DNA of 64,000 nucleotides. It comes from Sminthopsis crassicaudata. Taxonomy: Eukaryota. The notes below the pieces were generated by a model. It was given only the letters and a program-made list of their open reading frames with translations. It did no database searches and had not been told where the DNA came from. This document shows, piece by piece, positions 1 to 13,366 of the stretch. Every line of letters begins with the position of its first letter. The first letter of the stretch is position 1. The DNA is taken from positions 28,481,767 through 28,545,766 of the forward strand of contig NC_133617.1 in NCBI RefSeq assembly GCF_048593235.1, given 5' to 3'. The position numbers and the translations under genes were made by a program.

Positions 1-2247
1 CCTGCACCAGCACAGAGCTAAAGGAATGGAAACCGCCTCCCCTCCATTCAGCACAGCCACAAACAAGCCAGAGAATGCAAAAGGTTGTAGCAGGACACCT
101 GTCAGTCTTGACAGAAAGGGGCTCCTTTGGATCCCTCCAACCCCATGAAGCCTTAGCATGGTGCCTGGCACACAGCAGGCATCTAATAAATGCTTGTTGC
201 CTTAAATAAGAAGCTCCTGGGACTGTAGCGCTCTCAAGGAATCATGAAGCACATGAATGCTCGCTAGGCCGGCTGCATGTCTTAAGTCCCATTCAGGTGA
301 ATTCTCTCAAGAGCTTTTAAAAAGCCCTGACAGCCCCAGCCAACAGTCCTCCTCTAGAGTCCACTCCCCTGGCCATCTTGCTCTTGACCAGTCCAGCGCC
401 ACGTCCCCAGTTGGATGTCGGGTGGGCGTCTCAAACTCAATGTGTCTGAAGCAGAAACTCCCCTTCCAACCTTCCTAACATCTGAGCTCACGATGGCAGT
501 CAAGGGTACTACCGTCCTCCCAGTCACCAAAGGCCTCAATCTCTCGGACATCCTCAATTCCTCATTTGCACACAATTCAGTAAACATATACTGAGTGCCT
601 TCTGTATGCCCTGGCCAAACCTTGTCGTTCTGACCCACACAACTGCCCTTCGCTGGACTCCACAATCCCTGCCGAGCTCAGGACCCTCATCACATCCTGC
701 CTAAATTACAGTGACTGTTTCCCAATTGGTCTCCCTGGCTCAGGTCTCTCCCCCTCCAATCTATGCTGCCAAGATGACTGTCCTAGAGCCAAAGTCTGCC
801 CACATCACCCCCTAACTCAAAATCCGGCGGTTTACAATTCTAGGATAGAATAAAAACTGGGCCTAGCACCCAGAGCCCTTACAGCCTGCAAGCCGCGGCC
901 TTGCTCTTCTTCGGCCCCTTCTTCACTCCCCCTCCCTGTCCCTATGAGACAGTGGGGAGGCTCGTCCCCTGGCTGCCCCATACCCACAATGCTCTCCCGT
1001 GCCTTCCTTCAAGACTCCCTTTAGATGCCACCTTCTACAAGGACTTCCCTGAGTAATGGCCTTCCATCTACTCTGTATGAATTCTGGGAGAACCTAATTA
1101 TGTACATGAGAAGGTAGGGGCCGCTGTTTGTCTTAATTGGTATCTGCAACCCTGATCACCGTGCCTGGCACACAGTAAGTGCTTCATAAATGTTTGCTGA
1201 GAGACTGAGTGACTTTTGCCAGCCTTACTGGACTGCCTCTCCTGGACCGTGATTTCAGGGAAGCCCAAACTCCATCAAGCCTCGGTTCACTCTCCACCCT
1301 CCGGCCATCTCAACCACTGAGAGCCCGGCAGTCACACACGCCCTTTCCCCCCATTCCCCTAACAGTGATGAGCAAACAAGCTTTGCCACATTTCCTAAGA
1401 AGGGCTGACTCCATCTGCTTCCCTACAACTCCTCACACTGACCGGAGTCCCTCTTCAGCCTCTATTCCCTTTTGTGGGTTGTCTCCCCCTTTAGAATGGA
1501 AGCTCTCTGAAGGCAAGGACTGACTTGCCTCTGCATTTGTACAGCTAGAAAGTGTCTGGCACAAAGTAAGAGCTTAATAATTTTTTCATTCACTCACTCA
1601 TTCATTCATCCGTCTTTATCCCAAAGGACACACTAAGAGTCTGTCTGATACTTACCACCTAAGATCAGAATGATGGCGGCAAAGAGAATGGGAAGGGGAA
1701 TAAAGGGACACAAAAGGATGAACTGAAGCCGATCAAGTTACCAGCATCCTTTACCAGCAGTGTAGCCAGTGTCACAAGGGTCAGGGGGGAAAATCATCAA
1801 TTCTTAAGCATTAATTCAGGGAAAGTCTCTCTCGAAAGCAAAACTAATCTAGGCTGGGAGATCTAAAAGTTACAGATCATGTCAGAAAAGTTAAAGACTA
1901 AGACACATTTTTAAAAGGCACCTAGTTCCAATAATAAACCAAGGAATTTTCAAAAGCAAACTGCCTGAGTCTCCCCAGCCAGAACCCTCCCAACACCTCC
2001 CGCAGTGCCGAATATATTAAGAAAGCCTACCCCTTTGGCCCATTAACTCTACACTTCTGGATCAGATGGTGGGGGAAGGGGCAGGATTTAAGACCTTCAT
2101 TAATTCACTCAACATTTAAGATGCCTGAACTTTAAGGGACCGACCAAAATGATCCGACCCACGAAGATCAACAAGTTCAGCTCCGAACCGAACTGTGGCA
2201 TTCTGGACAAACCGGGTGCCGTGCCCAGGGCGGAGAAGCAAACTTAC

Positions 2248-2372
2248 CTGGAGGTAGATTGCTGCCTCTTGGTAATTCATTTCCCAGCTGGATCTGGTAG
2301 GACTCAAGGGGATCCCATCCCCCGAGTCTGGAGTGGACACCCTCAAGTCGCCGATAACATAGTTGCCTCCAT
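2248..2372 (-). CDS. TPCN1: Two-pore channel 1, second coding exon (125 nt)
   Basis: Minus-strand acceptor ttgtccactgcag| and donor CAG|GTAAGT. Encodes (N)GGNYVIGDLRVSTPDSGDGIPLSPTRSSWEMNYQEAAIYLQ; WEMNYQEAAIYLQ is the TPC1 N-terminal motif. Phase 1 matches the exon at 20251. Downstream exons lie outside the window. Confidence 0.96.
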
Positions 2373-3064
2373 CTGCAGTGGACAAAATGGAGAGCTGTCA
2401 GAGGAAGTGGGGGAGGAGAAGTTAGTTTACAATATAAACAGTGAGAGGCACTGATGGCCAGAAATGGGAAAAAAGTTGATTCGAGGAAGGTTTAAAAAAA
2501 AGTGTGTGCGCTTTTCCAATCTCCATGTTTCTAGGACCTTGTTTCTATTGGCGTGGGCCTTCCCTTTCCTGGGCCAGTTCACAGGCCCTCTAGGATTTGG
2601 AAGATCATCTCCAAGCGGCTGTGGCCAAGCAATCCATCACTCACGACCAGCCTGGGCTCGAGTCTCCCTGCATTTCATTTGGCTGCCCTTTGCTGGCCAG
2701 AGCCCGGCCTGAGCCTGCAGCTGGGCCGCCGTGGCAGGCCCTTCCCCATCTCGGGCTCCACTAGCATCACTTTTGAGAATGCAGAGCTGACCTTTCCACC
2801 AGGAGGAGCATCAGCATAGGGCTGAAGAGGATGCCTCTATTTCCTGTCCTGGTTCATCTGCCTCCTAACTTGTGTCTCTGACTCAAATCCATTCTTGCTA
2901 CCAAAGGGATTATCCTAAAGTACAAGTCTGATATATAACCTTTTGTAGCTCCCCATGGTCCCTAGGACCAAAGAGAACATGCTGCATTTGATCCTTCATA
3001 CTCTTTCTTGATCTTGTTATCCCTTCCCATCCAGCCTAATTAACTTGTTATTATGTACATGTGT

Positions 3065-3092
3065 ACACACACACACACACACACACACACAC
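3065..3092 (+). repeat. (AC)14 microsatellite
   Basis: Direct reading. Confidence 0.95.
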
Positions 3093-3950
3093 CTCCCAGC
3101 ACTAACATCCCTGCCTAAAATATCCAACTGGAGCCCTGTCTTCTTCAAGAAGGCTTTCCTGACCCTTCCACCCACCATCCTAAACTACCCCATTCACTTT
3201 TTATATATTCTTTCTCTACTAGTCTTTGCCAAGAGAACAAGCCTCCTCCAGGGCAGGGCCTGGTTCAATTCTTTCCATTTCTAGCTGGGCCTTAGGCACT
3301 TAATAAATGCTACTTAAGCAGCGGATGATTTTCTTCCTGCAAATTTACCTTCCTAATTATGTCTAATTTAGGCTCCTAAGACAGACATATCTCTGACAGC
3401 AACATGCTCTTAGAGGAATTAGTCAAGAGTGGGGAGAGCGGATGCTTCATGAAGTCCCAGAATACACCAGGTTCTCATCATCAACACACTTTCCCAAACA
3501 CCATGAGGATCGGTGTTTCTGCCAATTCCCTCTCCATTTCACTGTCAACCACATGAGCTGATATAGTGGAAAGAAAGAGGACAAATCTTGTCTGTTCCAT
3601 TTCCTGTCTGACTGTGGCCAAGTCACCTCATTTTTCCAGGCTTCAATTTCCTAAATAGGCTGTATTGGACCAATGGTTTTAAAGTCATAAAGAAATAATT
3701 CTCTCCTGTGTGAATACCGATTTAGAAAACCACAAATTAATTTGCCTATGCTGCATTGTATATTTATTCTGTTAAGCTATTCCTAATTATAGTTTTCTTT
3801 TTTTGTTTGTTTTTTAAGAAAATTTTATTTTCAATTAAGTTCTCTCTTTTCCCCTTCCCTAGATGCTCATCAACTGAGGAATGGCTACACAAATTGTATA
3901 TAATAAATGACAGGGATGGACATTATTTTGCTGTAAAAATAACAAAGGGA

Positions 3951-4085
3951 GGGGCAGTTAGTTGGTACAGTGGTTACAGCATCAGCACTGAAGTCAGGAG
4001 GACCTGAGTTCAAACCTGGACTCAGACACGTAACACTTCCTGACTGTGTGATCCTGGGCAAGTCACTTAACCCCACTGCCTGGGG
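3951..4085 (+). mobile_element. WSINE1-like CORE-SINE
   Basis: GGGGCAGTTAGTTGG...AGGAGGACCTGAGTTCAAA...CTGTGTGATCCTGGGCAAGTCACTTAACCCC: tRNA-derived head with A/B boxes plus CORE start. Confidence 0.8.
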
Positions 4086-4313
4086 GCGGGGGGGGGAATT
4101 TATGTGGTAGAAGAAATAATAGGGAATAATTTCAGAAAAATCTGGGAAGACTTATATGAACATCAAGATGCAAAGTGAAGTGAGTAGAACCATGAGAACA
4201 ATTTATACAGTAACAGCAATAATATAAAAAGAATAAACTGGGAAAGGCTTAAATGAAGGGGATAATTTCAGAAAAATCTGGAAAGACTTATATGAACATC
4301 AAGATGCAAAGTG

Positions 4314-4451
4314 GCGTAGTGGATAGAGCACCAGCCCTGAATTCAGGAGGACCCGAGATCAAATCCATCCTCAGACACTTGACACTTCCTAGCTGTGTGA
4401 CCCTGGGCAAGTCACTTATCCCCAGCCTCAGGGAAAAAAAAAAAAAAAAAA
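4314..4451 (+). mobile_element. Young WSINE1-like SINE, slightly 5'-truncated, with poly(A) tail and 13-bp target-site duplication
   Basis: AAGATGCAAAGTG at 4301-4313 and 4452-4464 flanks the SINE body and an A tail of about 20 nt. Confidence 0.9.
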
Positions 4452-7400
4452 AAGATGCAAAGTGAAATGAGTAGAACCAAGAGAACAATTTATACAATAA
4501 CAGCAATAATATAAAAAGAATGAACTGGGAAAGACTTCGTATCTCTGATAAATTCAAACCACAATCCCAATGACAATCTGGGGCAGGCTGCACTGAGGTT
4601 TGGTAGGCCGCCTGCGGCATTCAGGCAGCAAATCTCACAAGGTCCCTTTCAGCTTCTGTCTGATTTCACAACGGAAAAGACATCGGGGGGCATGTATCAG
4701 AACCTACTTGTAATCTGGATACCATCCACCTCCAGGGGCATTTTGGAGAGAGCGGGATCCTAATTTGGGAAGCGAAACAGCAGCTTTAGGAGTTCAGGAG
4801 CCTGATTCTGGAATATTTGCACAGATTAATGCTGAGATAATATATGTAACAGGTTCTATGTGAAATAGGGTATGTGTGTAACCTTCAAAATGCTACATAA
4901 ATGGAGGCTATTGTGTGCTTATGTACAAGAAGCACTGTGAACAGAATCAGAGTCAGACCCAACTCCACAGGTAGTGGCTGTGTGACCCTGGGCCAGTCAC
5001 TTCACTGACACTCATAAGTGACAGAGCTGTTACCAATCAGCATTGTTGGAGGGGAGTTTCCTCATCAGGAATTCTAAGACCTAAGAAATCACAGGTCTCA
5101 TTCAGAAAACCAAAAAGCCAAACCCACCAACAACTGTCATGAAAACCTTTCTTCGAGAAAAGTAATAGCAAAGTGAAGCTGAATGAACCTCAAATACCCG
5201 GGGTCACTTCCACCCCACCCATTATCATTTTGCCAGAAACAATTGCTTCCTGAGGGGGTAGCCATTTCTGAGTTCTGGGAACAATCAGGTTATTGAATAA
5301 TCAGAGGAAAGACCATAATGAATAAAAACCTAGACAAAAGAATAAAAAGTGGAAAATCAGTGGAGCAGGAAAAGTATTGGTTTGGGATGATTGGGTTCAA
5401 AATCTGCCTAGGGCACTTGCCATTTTGCTTCTTTTAGGCAAGTCATTTAATCTTGCAGCTTTTCATAAACTGCTCTCCCTCCCTCCCTCCCTCCCTCTCT
5501 TCCGGTCCCCATCTTTCCTCATCTCCAGGTTGCCAACCCTGGAGTGCTCTTGCTCTCCTCATCTCAGCCAGCAGGTTTCTGGGATTCCCCAGAATTCCCC
5601 CTTCTGAAGTAAGCCGTCCCAAGAGGCCTTAGGCCCAAAGCCTCCCACTGAGCCCACATTTATGTCTGGAAAGCACTTTGCATTATAGCAGGCTCAAGGC
5701 CTGTCCTCAGCAACCTTCACACATCACTGCAGAAACAACCAGGGCCAAGGACCAAAATTATGGAGTAAATAAATAATCTGAGGGAGTGAGGGCAAAGAAG
5801 GAGGGCAAGGGTACAAGTCACGATGGCAAAGATTTTCTAAAAACATTCTTAACCCATTTCAATAGCCAGTTTGTGCCCCGAGCGCTCTGCCTCCAGAGCT
5901 CCCTGATTCCGGCAGAGGTGCCATCCGTCAGCTTCCCCTTCTGTCCATGGAAACGCCAGTGAGCCGGCTCAGCAGAAGCTTATGGCGCAGAATCTCTTCC
6001 TGGAAAAGTGGAGGGAAGCCCAGGGGTCCCCATCTTCAGAGCAACTCAATGCAAAGAGTCCAAATCCCACCTTTAGCGACTGTTTTTGCCTGGAATTACA
6101 GAAGTCTATGAATTAAAAAAGACGTTCTTGATTTTCATTTCCCTTTTTCCTGGCACACAATCTGCCTCTCGCCAAAGTGCAGCCCTGCCAGGCGAGCGGG
6201 CAAGCCGGGCTTCCAGCTCTCTGGGTGGGGGTTGCTTTCAGAGCTGAGGGGGGAGCAGCAAGCGAGGAACTCTTCCTGATGGACAGATTTTCCATTTCCT
6301 CTTTGTACTTGGGGTCAGCTGACTGTTGGTGAGAGGCCAGTGTTTATGAAGCTGTTTTCTGGGTGCGTTCCCACAGGCCAAAGATCGTCACGGGAAAACG
6401 GGAGCCCGTCCTTCCCTCCTGGAAGCTGGCCTTTTTGCTGATGTGAGCTGTGGATTTCAAGAGGCATCAGGTGGGAGGGTCCAGGTGACTCCTAAAGACA
6501 GATCAGAACTTCAAAAAACCTTAGCAGCAGAAGGGGTCTCGGGTCATCCAGCTGGATCCCAAAAATGGCTCTCAGGAGAACACAAGTGCGTGGGAAATCT
6601 GGGCCTGGGAAGCCATTACCATCAGCATTCAATCACAACATGGCTGCATTTCCCCCAATGTGAATCATAATTAGAATAGAGATGGAAGCTCTGTGGTCCC
6701 TCACTAGAGAAATCTGCTGAGATGGCGCTTCATAACCAGTATTTCCCAGTCGTGGTGATGGATGTTGCTGCCCTATCCACCCTCTCATCTGTCCCCCTCC
6801 TGTGGAATAACACACGTGGGGGAGGCAGCTGGCCGGAACGAGGGGACAGACCGTGGCCGTGCGGCAGAATGACTAACGGGCCCGCGGGAGGACTTGCCTG
6901 TGATTCTGCCCTTGTCATCTTGGCTCAAACTCATCGGGCTACCAGTGCCCCCAAAACTAAACAGCGATCTCCATGCCGCGTGAGGGCCCAGCTGGCACTC
7001 TGGATGGTGAATGCATAAATCTGCGCTGACCCCGAAGAGGTGGGTCACGCATGCCGGGCACTCCGCTACCCTCTCTCTGCCTGGCACCGTGTCTAGGAGA
7101 ATGAAGACGCCCACCCCAGTCAGATGTTGTCTCCTCCTAGCCCAGAGAGTCACAAACTCCACCCCCCGGATTCCAGCACTGAAGCCCCACTTCTCTTGCT
7201 CTGGGATGGCTAAGGCTGTTTTGCATTGGGAAAATGACAAGTGAGTGACTTGGAGACGTCTCCAAAAAATAACTTTCATCACAGGCCCAGTCCAAGCAGG
7301 GTGGAAAGTTCCCAAACTGTTCCGGTGATTTTTTTCCAGTATCCTCCTGACTATTGGGCCCATTTCATTCTTGAAAACCATGACTTGGCTCAATCACTAG

Positions 7401-10400
7401 TTCAGAGCAGGGATTGTATTTTAGCTCTCCATCTAGGACTGCCACATGGAGAAGGGGAAGACCAGTCTCCCCCACTGTCATTACCATATCTCCACCAAGA
7501 ATAATAGCTCACACCCACCCAACCCTCTGGCTCTGTGTGAAAGGGAAGCATCCCTGGCAGGTAAGGCGGCTGCCCTCATGGATCTTGGCTGAGAGGAGAG
7601 AGAAGTAGCTAAGTGATCAGCATTCAGCACCCCCCCTGAGGACAGCACCCCCGCCAGCCGGAGCAGTGTGTACCCCTCAGACCCCTTCCCCAGATCTCCC
7701 TTCCGGGCCCACCAGATTCTTCTGTTCAATCCCTGTCACACTCCAAGGGCAGGCACAGGCCTAAGCCCTTCCCAGGAGGACGCCCAAGCCATGGGGCTCA
7801 CCGCTTCCCACTGGCTAAGCCCAAGCAACTCAGTCATTGCTCTAGACCTAGAAGGGAGTTCCACAGGACAGAGCCTCAGATCACAGCAAATCTGGAGCTG
7901 GGTCCTCAGAGGGCATTTGCCCAAGCCCCTCACTTTTCAGGAGGTGAAGGGCAGAGCTGCGCCTCAGGCACAGGTTTTCTGACCACCCTTTCCATTAGAT
8001 CACACTATCAATGATTAATGCTCACATTCAAAACCAAGACTCCAACCTCCAGCTGTGGTTTCATAATCCCTCAGAGGGTGGGTTTGCCTTCCTTCAACCG
8101 CTCCCCAATCACCGAGGCCACAACCTTGCCCTCGCTCCATCCTGTTTCCCGCACGGGGCCTACCATGGGAGCCCGGCTCCACGAGATAGGAGGACCTGAC
8201 CATGGGCCTCTCGGACAGCTCGCTCTGTGTTGTCCCCGCTAGGCAGGTGGTGGGTTGCTCGCTCCTCCGCATGTCTGCCTTTGCTGGGAGGGCCCCAAGC
8301 TGGAAGCTGGAGAAGAGGTGGGGGAAGGAGGGAGGGAGGAAGGAGGAGGACTGGGGAGCAGGGAAAGCTGCCTCTCCTGGCCTGCAGCCGGGTCTCTGTT
8401 CCCCTGCTCGCTCGAGTTCTTCAAAAGGCCAAGGGCAGCCGCTGGGGAGGATTCTTGGCAAGAAGGTGATCCTTTTTCAGGCCTTCAGGGAAAGTCGGAC
8501 AGAGGGAAACATTTTGTTCCCACTCTGCTGGTGCTCTTCTGTGGGACTGGCAGCTTCTGGCTTCTCCGGCCTGAGCAGTTCAACGGGTTTTGGGAAGGAG
8601 CTGATTCCAACATCTATTCCTCCTTCCTTCCCGAATCAGTTACATAGTGGAGAGCCACCTTCCAGAGGGAAGTTGGCTACAACCCCCTGACAAGTGGGAA
8701 GGTGCCCTTCCCGCGTTTGCACCCAGACGGTAACAGGGAGCTCACCACCTCACAAAGAGGCAACCCAGCCCACTTCTGAACTAAGCAAAAGCTTTAGAAA
8801 GTTCCTCTGTACTCCAAGCCAAAACTCCGCTTCCCCGTAGTCATGGCAATCGGCCTAAATAAGTGAACATAAAAAGCCAGTCGGGTGGAGGGGTGGCTAC
8901 AGGGGGAAGGATATCATACCATGCTGAACTGGCAAAGCTTAACATTTTATTTTAAATCCCAACCCAAAACAAAGTATTAGAAAGGTTCACGGTACAAAGG
9001 GCAGGCAGAAGCAAACTGGGATGACCTGTCTGCACAGATGGTAACGCTTCCTCCACGCTGATGTAACACGGCCCAGACGCTCCCAGCAAAACAGCTGGCC
9101 GCTTTGCATGCAGCCTCAGAAACGAGCCTGCAGGGAATCCAAGGTTTCCGTTCGCTGGAGCGCAGCAGGCTACGTCCTAGCGGTGCCGAGTAAATAGAAA
9201 CAGCTTCCATATGCCGGCCATAAAGCAGAGATGGGGAGGCGAGGAGAGGGGAGGCAGGCAGAAGGAAACAACTCCTTGCACCAAAACCCCTCCATTTTGA
9301 AGAAGGGGAGCCAAGACTGGCCGGATCGTTGGGGGCTCTGGCGCGAGAACCAGAGTCTAGGAGGCCGAGGAGGTGGGAGCGGCCTCACTGGCCGGACGGG
9401 GACCACGGGCCAGACCAAGGCCGGGTTCTACTCTCTTCCGGGCTTCAGAGAAGATGGGCAGAAAATGCAGCTCCACACACATACACAACAGACGCACAAC
9501 CCCCTCCCCTCCCTGCAGCCCTTCTTTCCCAGAAGGCCATGACATGAGCGCACTCTGGCTCTGGACAAGCCCCGCTCCCTCGCCCCTCGGCTTCCTCGTA
9601 GTTAGAACTCTGCTTGTTGAACTTCACGGGGCTGTCGTGCAGACAAATGAGAATATTTCTAAAACACTCCGAGCACTTTAGAAACGGGTCCCCACCAGAA
9701 TGCTAACAAGTAATCATCCCCATCATTTGCCAGTTGTCACTGGGAGCCCCACTCCATGGGAAAATCGTGAAAAAGGAGATGGAGGTAATAATACAGCAAG
9801 GTTGACTAGGTAGAGCAGCACGACAGAACTGGGGTTCTGGGACTGGCTGTGCTTCCCAAGGTCCCCAGATTAAAGTCTTCGAGACAACGGGAAGCAATTC
9901 TGCCAAAAGGAAGCAGGGTGAACATTATTCTCTGCCTGGCCCTTCACGTTCTGGCAAATGGAAGCAAGAGGGAGAGCCAAAAGGCCTGCGTTAGCAGCAC
10001 ACATTAGAACAGATGAACATGAGGGCAGACCCTGCGGCAAACGTCAGGGGCCACGGAAATGCCCAACAGCAGCAGGCCGACCTCCCGAAGGCCTGGAAGG
10101 CTTCTCCGCCGGCAGCTTGGCGCCCTCTCCCACCCCAAGAAGAAAGGGAAAAGGAGGGAGTTCAACCTTCAATCTGAGGCTCACAAATGTGGGCTCTTGG
10201 GGGATCATGGGGCCCAAAGCCTCAACAACCACGTGACCTGTTCCTTTCTAGGGAAAGAAGTCCTTGGAGAGGTGAGAGGAAGGCGGGGCAGGAGGACTGA
10301 CTAGGAAAGGCCTTCAAGGTCATCATTAATCCTGGAAGTTCTTCTTTACTATCCCACCTCCTCTGGCTTGTACCATGGTGCTGGAAGCATGAGATTAGTG

Positions 10401-11179
10401 CTGGGGACTGACGGGGCGGGAAGAGGCTCCCGAGGATGGGAGGCAAATATAACAGAAAGAGAAAGAGGAGAGAGGGAGGGGGAGCTGTGGGAGAGGCCGG
10501 GATGGAGGCCCGCCTGCTCTAACCCTGCCCCGCCATGGAGCTCCGCAGAAAACATGAAAAGGTCCAAGTCAGTGTCTCGGAGGCTGAGCCCCCCTTGTAA
10601 GGGACCACCACTGGAGAGTCAGAGGAAGGCGGCGGAGAGCTAAGAAACCAAGTGCTCAGCAAGGTGGGAGACCTCGGTCCCCTTTAGAGAAGACTCTCCC
10701 CAACACTACGGCTTGTGGTACTAGCCTGGGGGATGGGTTCAGTCTCTCTCAGCCTTGGCTTCCTCACTTGTACAACTGAGATATCAACACGCAAGCCCCC
10801 TTCAGGTTGCGGCAAGTTCAAAGGAAATAACATGCTTTTAGCAAACCCAAGAGCATGTTAGAAATGTCAATTAAACGCCACAAAAACCCAAAGACTGACT
10901 TCCCTCCCAGAGAGACCTCTCCATGCTCCTGAAACCATCCCTATCATTGTGACTGCGGAGTCCCCATCGCCAGCCCTGCTGAGAGGGAACGGCGTCCTCT
11001 CCATCTTGCAATGTGCCCACGTGGCAGACAGCGGGCACAGGACGGGGTCAGGGCACTCGCCCTTTGGCTTGTGTGGGATGGGAAAGCTCCAAAACTGCTC
11101 ATCATGTCATTCTCTGCTTCTGCCTAAATGAACTTGTTGGAGGAAAGGGGACTCATAAAGAACAAAATCCTGAGAGCAC

Positions 11180-11180
<1 letters not shown>

Positions 11181-11229
<49 letters not shown>

Positions 11230-11320
11230 CTGTCTCCATCTCTCTCCTTCCCTCCCCTCCTCTGTCTCTCTGTCTCTGTCTCTTGTCTGTTTCTCTCTCT
11301 GTGTCTTTCTCCGTCTCTCT
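11181..11320 (+). repeat. (AC)23 microsatellite followed by a degenerate CT-rich tract
   Basis: Direct reading. Confidence 0.95.
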
Positions 11321-13125
11321 CGCGCACGTGCTTGCAAACCTTTCTCTGTTTACTCAGTGAAGAGCACAGCACCTGGGCGAACATCTGTCCTGTACACACT
11401 TGGAAACATTAGGAATGCTAATTAATTATATAGCACACTGGGATGAAGGCAAGAAAGAGGAGCAAAAACAGCAGCTGAGAAGAGAAGGCATCCTCCAACG
11501 TGCGGTGGGTGCTCCTGGGGAATGGAAGGACGAGATTGTCTACAAGTGATCAAAAGAATAGATGGCCACCCCATAAGCAGCAAATGTATCTGCACTCCCC
11601 CCTCGACCCCAGCATGCCTCCCTCCTGTTTTACACAAAACGCTTTGCATGCAGTAGGTGCTCAGCACGTGTTAAAGTGATGTGAATAGACCATGTTCTTC
11701 AGTGTTCTCTGTTCTCCAGCAGGATGCCGGAGAAGGCAGGGCAGGGACAGGAAAAGCCCTCCCTGTGGTTCCATGTGCTCGGCTGGTGATAAACCTGATC
11801 TGCTCATTGCCCGGAAGGACGGGCTGGGCAGTAAGATCTTGTCGTTTCAAAAAACAGAAAGCCCAACCCGACCAAAAAGGCCCAGGAAGAAGGCGGTGAG
11901 CTCCTCAAGGACCACTTAAAGAGCGGGAGCAAGCACCTCTGGCTGCATGAGAGGCTCGAGCTCATCATCTTGGAGATGAACAATGACCTGGTGGGAATTT
12001 GCTTTCAATGATGGGGAAAAAAAAAAAAAAGAAAGAAAAAGAAGAGAAAACAAGGGAGGAGCAGGAGCTCAGGAAATGGGCTGTGGGACATAGGGCCCAG
12101 ACTGGTGTGAGGGATGTGGAAATCAGGGGAAAAACAAAGCAATGATGGGACACTCTCTGGGCCATCCCCAGAACAACAGGACACCAAGGCCAGCGTCCCC
12201 GAGGCTGCCATTGGCAGAACAAAGTCCTGGCCCATCCCAATGTCCTCTGGCTCCAGATTATATGGCAATAACTCTAAGAACAAACATGTGAGAGAGGGCC
12301 CCTCCCAGGGCATCGGGTGCCATGGATGACTCAGCACTTGGCACGTCACTTGGCATCCATAAAAGTCCCAGCACGATCGCAGAAAAGGTACGTTCTGCAT
12401 CCATCAGAGAGAAGCACAAATGTGTCTGGATTCAAGCGCCAAAACGTTCTTATTGAGCCCCCCGACCAACATCACCAGATCTTCCTGCCCTAATTTAGGA
12501 GCATCCACTCCAAGAGCAGTATGCCCACAGGAGTCGCCTGCTGGAGAAAGGTCCAATAGGCAGAAGTCCAAATCCTCTTTGAATTACAAGAGAATTTTCT
12601 ATTTTACCAAAGGTTTGACTGAAGGATTCCTTTAATAGTTAACTACCTTAACACATTTTAAACAATTTCAATCCTAAATTGGAACAAAAGGTTTGGCAAT
12701 TGTCAACATTGTAAAATTGCCCACACAAATATCTGGTAAATAAAAACTATTAATAAAAAAATTTTTTTTTCAAACCCTTGATGGGGACACAGAACAAGAT
12801 GCTTCTGCACGGGATAGTCTATAATGGAGACTTTTTGCCAGCAATGCCTTGCAGATGGCTTTTGGGTAATGTGACGTGTGAACTGTTTGTTCAGAGAACG
12901 AGGAGAAAGTGGGAGGAACAACAGTCGTTATGCAGTGAAGCTCCTCCTGAGTCGTGGAGATGGGGGCCTTGTGGCCCTCAAAGGCGGGAGAAGCCGTATG
13001 GAATTGCGACCTGGGCTCCCGGTTAGATGGGCCTCTGACACCCACCGGCTACATAACCCCGGCACGGCCAGCTCGTTGTTTGAGACTCTCCCTTCCTTCC
13101 CATACAACTTCTAGTGAACTCCCTA

Positions 13126-13366
13126 CGCTAGGTGCTACATGGCACAGGGTGTGGACCTGAAATCAAGAATACTCATCCTCCTCAGTTCAAATCTGACCCC
13201 AGAGACTTACTAACTAAATGACACTGAACAAGTCAATTAATCCTGTTTGCCTCAGTTTCCTCATCTGTCAAATGAGCTGGAGAAGGAAATGGCAAACGCT
13301 CCAGTATCTCTTGCCCAGAAAACCTCAAATGGGGTCAGCATGACTGAAGTGACCGAATAACAGCAA
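13126..13366 (+). mobile_element. Mar1-like marsupial CORE-SINE
   Basis: CORE (TGCCTCAGTTTCCTCATCTGTCAAATGAG) followed by an RTE-like tail GCTGGAGAAGGAAATGGCAAAC...CCAGTATC. Confidence 0.8.

Noticed and set aside
6785-7393. 202-aa minus-strand ORF in the TPCN1 intron
   Set aside because: No similarity to TPC1 or any family I recognise, no codon bias, and no supporting splice structure
9445-9627. Intronic ORF containing NYEEAEG, superficially like TPC1 NYQEAA
   Set aside because: Only a few residues match; the flanks are unrelated, so not a duplicated exon
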